Shown piece after piece: positions 57,070 to 64,000 of a stretch of 64,000 nt of DNA (positions within the stretch are counted from its first letter, which is position 1; each line of letters begins with the position of its first letter). Source of the stretch: Eubacteriales bacterium (GTDB taxonomy: Bacteria; Bacillota; Clostridia; Oscillospirales; CAG-272); contig JAZQKP010000031.1 in NCBI GenBank assembly GCA_045542275.1, forward strand, positions 41,820 to 105,819, written 5' to 3'. The notes below the pieces were generated by a model. That model was given only the letters and a program-made list of their open reading frames with translations. It was not told the origin of the DNA and did no database searches. The position numbers and the translations under genes were made by a program.

Positions 57070-58176
57070 ATGAAAAAAATCAAGGTGCTTTTATGTCTGA
57101 TTTTTTCCGTATTAATCTCTTGTACATTATGTACCTCTCTATTCGCTGAAAATTACATTGATGCATGGGCAAGTAATGATGCTATGGGTGGTTTTGATAG
57201 CTTTGTAAGGTCGGTACAATCAGAAAATAGCACGGAAATTAAGGATTTAAAGCTGTATCCCGGTGGAATGCCATTTGGAGTAAAAATCATCGCCAAAGGA
57301 TTATATGTTGTCGGTTTTTCAGAAACAGACGGTAACGAATGCTCCAGTGCATATACTGCAGGAGTAAGACTTGGGGACATAGTTTTAAAGCTCAATAACA
57401 CAGATATAAATAAAATTGAGGATTTTACATCTGAGCTTAACAAAAATGGCGAAAAGCCAGTTACAATAACCGTAAAGCGTGGTAATTCAATTTTAAATTT
57501 CACATTTACTCCTAAATACTTTAAAGAAGATAACTCGTATAAGGCAGGACTGTGGCTTAAAGACTCCACATCAGGTATCGGCACTGTTACATTTATTTCT
57601 CCCGAAACAGGTGCATTTGGTGGCTTAGGACACGGAATTTGTGACGGCAACACAGGTAATTTGATTCCTTTGTCCAAGGGGATTATAATGGATGTTACAA
57701 TTAATGGAGTTAATAAGGGTAAGATCGGTGCAGCAGGAGAGCTTAAGGGTTCGTTTAATACTAAAAAGATCGGTTCACTAACTATGAACTCTTCATCAGG
57801 AGTATTTGGAATCATATCTCTTGACAAGGTTGATCCACCCGAGGAAGCGCTTAGTGTCGCTTACAAGAATGAGGTTAAAAACGGTGAAGCGTATATCTGG
57901 TGCACATTGGATAACGGATCACCGAAAAAGTTTACTGTATGCATATCAGATATAGACGTTTCTTGCTCCGGAATAAAAAATTTCAGAGTAAAAATAACCG
58001 ACCCTGCTCTATTACAAACAACCGGAGGTATTGTTCAGGGTATGAGTGGTAGCCCAATTATTCAAAACGGTAAAATCATCGGCGCAGTTACACATGTGCT
58101 TGTTAATGACCCTACGCAGGGCTACGGAATCTTTATAGAAAATATGCTTAATACAATGCCAGAAATGTTAAAATAA
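57070..58176 (+). CDS. spoIVB: SpoIVB peptidase (S55 signalling serine protease)
   Basis: 368 aa with a signal/TM N-terminus, a PDZ domain (GVRLGDIVLKLNNTDI), GTVTFISPETGAFGGLGHGI and the catalytic-Ser context GGIVQGMSGSPI. Confidence 0.9.
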   Translation: MKKIKVLLCLIFSVLISCTLCTSLFAENYIDAWASNDAMGGFDSFVRSVQSENSTEIKDLKLYPGGMPFGVKIIAKGLYVVGFSETDGNECSSAYTAGVRLGDIVLKLNNTDINKIEDFTSELNKNGEKPVTITVKRGNSILNFTFTPKYFKEDNSYKAGLWLKDSTSGIGTVTFISPETGAFGGLGHGICDGNTGNLIPLSKGIIMDVTINGVNKGKIGAAGELKGSFNTKKIGSLTMNSSSGVFGIISLDKVDPPEEALSVAYKNEVKNGEAYIWCTLDNGSPKKFTVCISDIDVSCSGIKNFRVKITDPALLQTTGGIVQGMSGSPIIQNGKIIGAVTHVLVNDPTQGYGIFIENMLNTMPEMLK

Positions 58177-58207
58177 AAAAGAACTTGGGATATCCCAAGT
58201 TCTTTTA
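58176..58207. terminator. Bidirectional terminator (spoIVB / icd)
   Basis: AGAACTTGGGA / TCCCAAGTTCT (58180-58190 / 58193-58203), flanked by A- and T-runs. Confidence 0.8.
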
Positions 58208-58209
58208 AT

Positions 58210-59427
58210 TTATGCAAGTTTTGCTTCAAGTCTTTCACGTATAGCCTTAATAAATCCCATTGTGTTAACTGCTGTAGCATTAACACCCTTTTCAACAAGA
58301 CCCACAAGGTCTTTAGTCATAATACCGTCATTAAGTGTATCAATACAAGCCTCTTCAAGCTTATTTGCAAATGTTTCAAGGTCAGAAAGGCCGTCAAGCT
58401 CTGCTCTCTTGCGAAGGGCACCGGACCAAGCAAAAATTGTTGCCATAGGGTTAGTAGATGTATCCTCTCCCTTAAGGTAGCGGTAATAGTGTCTTGTAAC
58501 AGTACCGTGAGCTGCCTCATATTCATAATTTCCATCAGGAGAAACAAGCACAGAGGTCATCATAGCAAGTGAACCAAATGCAGTAGATACCATATCTGAC
58601 ATTACGTCACCGTCATAGTTCTTGCATGCCCAGATATATCCACCCTCAGAACGGATAACACGTGCAACAGCATCGTCTATAAGTGTGTAGAAATATGTAA
58701 TACCAAACTCTTCAAACTTTTCCTTATAGTTTGCATCATAAATATCCTTAAAAATAAGCTTAAAGGTCTGGTCATACTGCTTGGAAATTGTATCCTTTGT
58801 AGCAAACCAAAGGTCCTGCTTTGTATTTATAGCATAATTAAAGCAAGAATGTGCAAAGGAATGAATTGAGCTATCCTTATTATACATACCCTGTAATACA
58901 CCAGGACACTCAAAATCATAAATAGTCTTACGGAATGATTCATTACCGTTCTTATCTGTGTAAACTAACTCCGCCTTGCCCTCTTCGGGAACTCTGTACT
59001 CTGTTGCCTTATATACATCACCATATGCATGGCGTGCAATTGTAATAGGCTTTTTCCAATTGCGAACAGCAGGCTTTATAGAATCAATAAGAATAGGAGC
59101 ACGGAATACAGTACCGTCAAGAATAGCACGAATAGTTCCATTAGGGCTCTTCCACATTTCTGTAAGGTTGTACTCTTCAACTCTCTGCTTATTTGGTGTA
59201 ATAGTTGCGCACTTTACACTTACACCGTACTTCTGATTTGCATATGCAGCATCGTATGTAACCTTATCCTTTGTACGTTCTCTTTCCGGCAAACCAAGGT
59301 CGTAGTACTCTGTCTTAAGGTCTACAAATGGAAGAAGAAGTTCGTCCTTAATCATCTTCCAGATGATTCGTGTCATTTCGTCTCCGTCCATTTCAACAAG
59401 TGGGGTTGTCATTTTAATTTTTTCCAT
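58210..59427 (-). CDS. icd: NADP-dependent isocitrate dehydrogenase, eukaryote-like (type II) subfamily
   Basis: ~405 aa. [27 protein letters not shown]...[15 protein letters not shown]...KCATITPN is the IDH1/2-like N-terminus. GGAGG lies 8 nt before ATG 59427. Confidence 0.9.
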   Translation of the reverse strand: MEKIKMTTPLVEMDGDEMTRIIWKMIKDELLLPFVDLKTEYYDLGLPERERTKDKVTYDAAYANQKYGVSVKCATITPNKQRVEEYNLTEMWKSPNGTIRAILDGTVFRAPILIDSIKPAVRNWKKPITIARHAYGDVYKATEYRVPEEGKAELVYTDKNGNESFRKTIYDFECPGVLQGMYNKDSSIHSFAHSCFNYAINTKQDLWFATKDTISKQYDQTFKLIFKDIYDANYKEKFEEFGITYFYTLIDDAVARVIRSEGGYIWACKNYDGDVMSDMVSTAFGSLAMMTSVLVSPDGNYEYEAAHGTVTRHYYRYLKGEDTSTNPMATIFAWSGALRKRAELDGLSDLETFANKLEEACIDTLNDGIMTKDLVGLVEKGVNATAVNTMGFIKAIRERLEAKLA

Positions 59428-59622
59428 GTTCAATACCTCCGAACCATAAATATTAAAATTAACAATGTCTTTCGACTGATTTATTTTACCACAATAGCCT
59501 TATAAATTCAATAGATTTAGAAAATTAATGCAAATAATTATATTTCCTTATCAATTGATATAAAAAAGCCGTACACGTGTCGATTATTTTATCTAGATGA
59601 ATTTTTTGGAAAGGTATTAATT

Positions 59623-59652
59623 GCATAACAATACCCCTTAATGTCAATACTC
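59623..59652 (+). promoter_or_regulatory. Candidate forespore-type (SigF/SigG) promoter for sigG
   Basis: GCATA (59623-59627), 17 nt, CAATACTC (59645-59652). This loosely fits the remembered consensus GHATR-N17/18-CAHWHTAH. No sigma-A-like -35/-10 pair is seen here. Confidence 0.3.
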
Positions 59653-59675
59653 AAATCAAATATTCGGAGGGGAAT

Positions 59676-60449
59676 ATGCATTATAATAAGGTTGAAATAT
59701 GCGGGGTAAATACCTCTAACTTAACTACTCTTTCCGGAGAGGAAAAGAAAGAGCTTTTATTCAAATCAAAGCAAGGTGACAAAAAAGCACGTGACAAATT
59801 AATTGACGGAAATTTGCGTCTTGTACTATCAATTGTACAACGATTTGCAAACAGAAATGAAAATATGGATGATCTTTTTCAGGTTGGTTGTATAGGACTA
59901 ATTAAGTCTATTGATAATTTTAATATAAATTTAGATGTAAAATTCTCTACTTATGCTGTACCAATGATTATTGGTGAAATCAGAAGATATTTAAGGGATA
60001 ATAATTCTATAAGAGTAAGCCGTTCTGTGCGAGATTTGGCATATAGAGCCCTTCAAACCAAGGAAAAACTTACAAACGACAATGCGCGTGAACCTACTAT
60101 GGAGGAAATTGCAAAGGCTTTAAACGAAAAGAAGGAGGATGTAGTTTGCGCACTTGAAGCAATAACAGAGCCGGTGTCCTTATATGACCCTGTTTATAGT
60201 GATTCGGAGGACTCTGTGTTTGTAATTGACCAAATCCGGGACTCTTCTTCTGATGAGGAGCTTTGGATTGAGGATATTGCTATTAAGGAAGCAATTAAAC
60301 GTCTTGGAGAACGTGAAAAAAAGATAATTGATATGCGTTTTTATTCCGGTAAAACTCAAAGTGAAATTGCAAGTGAGATAGGTATCTCTCAAGCACAGGT
60401 TTCAAGGCTTGAAAAAAACGCTCTGGAATCCATCCGAAAACAAATTTAA
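59676..60449 (+). CDS. sigG: Sporulation sigma factor SigG
   Basis: 257 aa. NKVEICGVNTSNLTTL...GDKKARDKLIDGNLRLVLSIVQRF...DDLFQVGCIGLIKSIDNF...VKFSTYAVPMIIGEIRRYLRDNNSIRVSRS tracks B. subtilis SigG closely. Confidence 0.9.
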   Translation: MHYNKVEICGVNTSNLTTLSGEEKKELLFKSKQGDKKARDKLIDGNLRLVLSIVQRFANRNENMDDLFQVGCIGLIKSIDNFNINLDVKFSTYAVPMIIGEIRRYLRDNNSIRVSRSVRDLAYRALQTKEKLTNDNAREPTMEEIAKALNEKKEDVVCALEAITEPVSLYDPVYSDSEDSVFVIDQIRDSSSDEELWIEDIAIKEAIKRLGEREKKIIDMRFYSGKTQSEIASEIGISQAQVSRLEKNALESIRKQI

Positions 60450-60476
60450 AAGGGGTACTCATGTACCCCTTTTTAT
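60449..60476. terminator. Bidirectional terminator (sigG / GH30)
   Basis: AGGGGTAC / GTACCCCT (60451-60458 / 60463-60470) followed by TTTTT. Confidence 0.75.
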
Positions 60477-61861
60477 ATTAAGATTGTTGCGATAGAATGT
60501 GGGCCTAAAACTATTTTTGTACTCTTTCCTCTATAACGTATAGCGACTTTTTCATCAATATCGTTTGTATTTACAATTACTACTGCTATACTTCCATCCG
60601 GATTTTCAAAGGCTGTAGCATAAACCTTTGAATAATATTTAGTAGTTGCCAAGCGCTTGGCGCCACGCTTAATATACTTGGAAAAATGCCCCATATAATA
60701 GTAGGCAGGAGTTAAAATAATCTTGTCATTATCCTCATCATATAAAATAGGCGCAGCACATCCACCCTCCATAGGGTCATTTGATGCTTTAGATGCGCTA
60801 CCGACTGTAGAAGCCGCAGTTCTATTATGAAATGGACCTCCGAATTTATTAAGAAGTAAATTCCAATCACAGATACCAATGCAATAATTATTTAAATCCT
60901 CACAGATTTCAATTGCGTACTTCTCTGCTATACTGTTAAATGAAGCCCCAGATGAAGACATTCCACAGCAAAATTCAGTAAGTATTGTAGGCTTATTAAG
61001 CACATCATGTACCAGACTAAGTCCTTCAAAATGCTCACCTGAATACCAATGGAAGCCAACTGCCCAAATTCTTTCATTCAGCTGTTCATTTTTTAAAACG
61101 TCACGTGCTCTGTCAAATACTCTTTCCTTATTATGATCCCAAATTATAATCTTAATATGGGAAAGTCCCTCTTCGTCAAGAGCAGGTATAAGATAATTCT
61201 CTGCAAAATCTGCCTCTTCATCTGCTGTATATGTACAGCTTTCCCAAGTCTGAGTTGCCATAGGCTCATTTTGTATACTTATAGCAGAAATATTAATCTG
61301 CTCTTCCCTCATAGCCTTGATATATTTTGCATAATAGTGTGCCCAGACTGACTTATACTCAGGAAGAAGCTTACCACCTTGCATAACATCGTCATTATTC
61401 TTCATATAAGCAGGAGGACTCCATGGAGATGCAAAAAGCACAAGGTCACGGGAATATTTCATTGCGTCCTTAATAAAAGGAACATTGTACTTTCTTTCCC
61501 TTTCAATGTCAAAGGTTTCAAGGGTCGCATCACCCTCCTTGACATAGGAATATATACCAAGTGAAAAATCGCATGAATTAATATGAGTTCTGCCAAAGCT
61601 ATAGCCTATTCCACTTTTTTCATCAAAATAAGCCTTCATAAAAAGCTTTTTATTTTTCTCACTCATAAGCGCATAATTATATGCAGCGGCTTCGGTAAAA
61701 GCGCCACCAAAGCCTAGAATTTCCTGATATTTAATATCTTCAAAGATATTTACAATTCCATTTTCGTTTTCGTCAGGAAAATTTCCCTCTTCTACACTGT
61801 AAATATCAAAAAAGCTTTTGTCAGGCAGAGATGAATATATCACCTTATATTTTTTCTTCAT
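60473..61861 (-). CDS. Glycoside hydrolase family 30 (glucosylceramidase-like), cytoplasmic
   Basis: 462 aa with no signal peptide. GFGGAFTEAAA, FASPWSPPAYMK, ISIQNEP, and a C-terminal beta-sandwich typical of GH30. Confidence 0.8.
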   Translation of the reverse strand: MKKKYKVIYSSLPDKSFFDIYSVEEGNFPDENENGIVNIFEDIKYQEILGFGGAFTEAAAYNYALMSEKNKKLFMKAYFDEKSGIGYSFGRTHINSCDFSLGIYSYVKEGDATLETFDIERERKYNVPFIKDAMKYSRDLVLFASPWSPPAYMKNNDDVMQGGKLLPEYKSVWAHYYAKYIKAMREEQINISAISIQNEPMATQTWESCTYTADEEADFAENYLIPALDEEGLSHIKIIIWDHNKERVFDRARDVLKNEQLNERIWAVGFHWYSGEHFEGLSLVHDVLNKPTILTEFCCGMSSSGASFNSIAEKYAIEICEDLNNYCIGICDWNLLLNKFGGPFHNRTAASTVGSASKASNDPMEGGCAAPILYDEDNDKIILTPAYYYMGHFSKYIKRGAKRLATTKYYSKVYATAFENPDGSIAVVIVNTNDIDEKVAIRYRGKSTKIVLGPHSIATILI

Positions 61862-62199
61862 TATGCCATTTTCTCCGAAAGTTTTTCTCCACCTACAATG
61901 TGAAAATGAAGATGCTTAACGCTTTGACAACCGTCATCACCACAGTTTGAGATAATTCTATAACCGTTTGTAATGCCTGCAGTCTTTGCAATCATAGGAA
62001 TTTTCTCGAAGATATAAGCAATTTCTGCGCTATTATCAGAATTTATTTCATCAGCACAAGCAATATGAAGCTTAGGAATTACAAGCACGTGTACCTTTGC
62101 CTGTGGATTAAGGTCGTGGAATGCAATTATTCTATCGTCCTCATATACTTTATTTGAAGGAATAACACCCTCTGCAATCTTACAAAAAATACAATCCAT
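61861..62199 (-). CDS. HIT family (histidine triad) nucleotide hydrolase
   Basis: 112 aa. CIFCKI, and the HLHFHIVGG histidine triad. Confidence 0.9.
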   Translation of the reverse strand: MDCIFCKIAEGVIPSNKVYEDDRIIAFHDLNPQAKVHVLVIPKLHIACADEINSDNSAEIAYIFEKIPMIAKTAGITNGYRIISNCGDDGCQSVKHLHFHIVGGEKLSEKMA

Positions 62200-62289
62200 A
62201 GTTTTTACCTTGACCTTTCCTTTTTTATGATGTATAATATTTTACGATAATATTATACCAAATCAAAAAATTAAAATCAAGGAATATAA

Positions 62290-63384
62290 ATGATAAATTA
62301 CAAAAATCACATTTTTGACACCTTTAATTGCGACCTGTGGACACATTTAAAGAATACTGATAAACCTATTCTTATTTACGGAATGGGTAACGGTGCTGAT
62401 AAAATAATCAGCTATTTTGAAAAATATAATATTACATACAAGGATGTTTTTGCAAGTGACGGATTCGTACGTGGGCATAAATACCGTGATAAGGTGGTAA
62501 TTTCCTATTCTGAGGCATGTAAAAAATACGGAAATGACTTTATCATAGTTCTTTCCTTCGGCTCACGCTTAGATGATGTAATAAAAATAATGTATGAGCT
62601 TGACAAAAAACACGAATTTTATGCTCCTGATGTGCCTGTATGCCCCGGGGAGCTGTTTAATGAAGAGTTTTTTGATACACATGAAAAAGAGCTTTACGAT
62701 GCCCGTTCTCTTCTTTTTGATGAAAAATCAAAGGAAATCTTTGATAATATCGTTCGTTTTAAGTTAACCGGTAAGCTATGTTATCTCAAAGCAACTGAGA
62801 ATAGCGAAGAAAATGTTAACAAAGAGATTTTAAAGTGCGAAAAGTACGAAATATATGCAGATCTAGGTGCCTATAACGGTGACACAGTCCGTTCTTATTT
62901 AGAATACTGCCCTAATCTTAAAGAAATTTATGCCTTTGAGCCTGATTCAAGAAACTATAAAAAGCTTTCTATTTATGCCGAAAACGAAAATCGTGCAAAG
63001 GTTTATGCCTACAATTATGCTTCCTATGATAAGGACGGAATAGTGGAATTTATTTCGTCAGGAAACAGGAATTCATCAAAAGGTGGCACTAACTCTTTTA
63101 AATCTAAAACAATTCAGATAGAAGCCCGTCGTTTGGACAGTGTAATCAGTAAGGCAGATTTTATTAAGTACGATGTAGAAGGTGCAGAATATGAGGCTAT
63201 ACTCGGAAGCTCCAAGGTAATTATAGACAATTCTTGCGATTTGCTTATATCAATGTACCACAAAAGTGAGGATATGTATCTCCTTCCCTTGCTTATTCAT
63301 AAAATCAAGCCTGAATACAAGCTTTACCTGCGCAGATTCCCTTATATTCCCGCCTGGGACTTAAACTTATATGCCATAAATTAA
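62290..63384 (+). CDS. FkbM-family SAM-dependent methyltransferase with an N-terminal extra domain
   Basis: 364 aa. The C-terminal half has IYADLGAYNGDT, AFEPDSRNY and IKYDVEGAEYEAI, typical of FkbM methyltransferases. Confidence 0.7.
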   Translation: MINYKNHIFDTFNCDLWTHLKNTDKPILIYGMGNGADKIISYFEKYNITYKDVFASDGFVRGHKYRDKVVISYSEACKKYGNDFIIVLSFGSRLDDVIKIMYELDKKHEFYAPDVPVCPGELFNEEFFDTHEKELYDARSLLFDEKSKEIFDNIVRFKLTGKLCYLKATENSEENVNKEILKCEKYEIYADLGAYNGDTVRSYLEYCPNLKEIYAFEPDSRNYKKLSIYAENENRAKVYAYNYASYDKDGIVEFISSGNRNSSKGGTNSFKSKTIQIEARRLDSVISKADFIKYDVEGAEYEAILGSSKVIIDNSCDLLISMYHKSEDMYLLPLLIHKIKPEYKLYLRRFPYIPAWDLNLYAIN

Positions 63385-63410
63385 AAACCACTCATTTGAG
63401 TGGTTTTATT
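63383..63410. terminator. Bidirectional terminator (methyltransferase / membrane protein)
   Basis: AAACCACTCA / TGAGTGGTTT (63385-63394 / 63397-63406), flanked by A- and T-runs. Confidence 0.65.
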
Positions 63411-63777
63411 ATTTTTTACATTTAATTTTATAGACTACAGGCCCACTTATGACAGATAGAAACAAAATTAATATCATTAAACCTAATTTTATGTAGATAT
63501 TAAAGAAAAAAATTAAAGGAAAATTCAAAGGGATGTATACAATATATGAGCGTGACATATAAATTGACACTATCGCCCATTCCTCATCATTCAAATCTGA
63601 AAAATTATTAACGTTAAAGTCACCTTTTCCTCTATTATTATTCAGGTAAATGCTCATATAACCCATAAATATAACAAGAAACAATGGTACAAATGATATA
63701 TTGAGATTTTGTTTATATATAAAAGCTAAAAATACATTAACTATTAGTGTTACAACGATATAAATTGCATATATCAC
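63409..63777 (-). CDS. Small polytopic membrane protein, unknown function
   Basis: 122 aa with about four hydrophobic segments. There is a 4-nt overlap with the upstream zinc-ribbon ORF. Confidence 0.45.
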   Translation of the reverse strand: MIYAIYIVVTLIVNVFLAFIYKQNLNISFVPLFLVIFMGYMSIYLNNNRGKGDFNVNNFSDLNDEEWAIVSIYMSRSYIVYIPLNFPLIFFFNIYIKLGLMILILFLSVISGPVVYKIKCKK

Positions 63778-64000
63778 TTTTCATCCTCCTGATTGTATGA
63801 CGGATAACATGCACCTATCTTTTTACAATGTGGACATCTTAAAGAACGTTCATCATTTATATGCCCAGAAAAAATACATTTAATCCAACTCACATAAAAT
63901 GTTTTATTACAGTTTGGGCAAACAAATTTCTTTTTTGCAATACTTACCCCACTAATTATTAATATTAGAACTGTAGGTATTGCTATAAACAACCAGTGCA
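63774..64000 (-). CDS. Small membrane-anchored zinc-ribbon protein (5' end possibly outside window)
   Basis: TM helix followed by CPNC...CPHC. The ORF-track start is TTG at 63992, but the frame stays open to the window edge. Confidence 0.4.
   Translation of the reverse strand, partial: HWLFIAIPTVLILIISGVSIAKKKFVCPNCNKTFYVSWIKCIFSGHINDERSLRCPHCKKIGACYPSYNQEDEK

Noticed and set aside
59573-59580. GC-rich perfect palindrome ACACGTGT in the AT-rich icd-sigG gap.
   Set aside because: It is a single 8-bp palindrome with no second copy and no known matching operator. That is insufficient to call a site.
1-64000. Window-wide scan for mobile elements, prophage genes, CRISPR arrays, tRNA/rRNA genes and toxin-antitoxin or defence islands.
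   Set aside because: I saw no integrase, transposase or recombinase-like ORF, no regularly spaced direct repeats and no tRNA-like or rRNA-like sequence in any intergenic gap. This was a by-eye scan, so short or degenerate elements could be missed.

Overview
This is an AT-rich chromosomal segment from an endospore-forming, low-GC Firmicute. It looks Clostridia-like: it carries PolC, spoIIID, yqfC/yqfD, spoIIGA-sigE, spoIIIAA-AH, spoIVB and sigG. I call about 70 protein genes, and nearly all are recognisable core functions.

Gene content in window order:
- galE (partial) and galM; spoIIID; ylxM-ffh-rpsP-KH protein; manA.
- yebC, argS and a divergent prs-like gene; rhaB-rhaA; mutS2.
- recO-era-ybeY-phoH-yqfD-yqfC; a ylbJ-like membrane protein; mgtE.
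- DUF3343 plus a cysteine desulfurase; rpe; ispD-ispF.
- A small accessory islet: an orphan BlaI-type repressor, an orphan carrier protein and a degenerate ROK-like regulator.
- The conserved polC-ispG-rseP-dxr-cdsA-uppS-frr-pyrH-tsf-rpsB string.
- An orphan solute-binding lipoprotein; sigA-dnaG-dgt; an IMPACT/YigZ protein, hflX and rpmE.
- A ~12.5 kb sporulation-dense stretch (spoIIGA-sigE, spoIIIAA-AH, spoIVB, sigG) interleaved with uncharacterised genes.
- GH30, HIT, an FkbM-type methyltransferase and two small membrane proteins.

I found no rRNA, tRNA, CRISPR array, transposase, integrase or prophage signal. Many intrinsic terminators and near-consensus sigma-A promoters can be read directly from the sequence.

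I do not see a convincing novel multi-gene system here. The window is mostly ordinary core genome. The leads worth a second look are:
1. The mgtE leader, which has an SD-preceded 24-codon uORF running through an SD-mimic/anti-SD hairpin and no recognisable full M-box.
2. The orphan carrier-protein gene paired divergently with a degenerate ROK-like regulator.
3. The uncharacterised genes embedded among the sporulation loci: a lipoprotein, an atypical OmpR-type regulator with no kinase, a DUF4830 protein and a 92-aa orphan.
4. The sensor-less BlaI/CopY-type repressor with a cop-box-like dyad on its own promoter.

All family assignments come from reading the translations and recalling family signatures. 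No database search was run.
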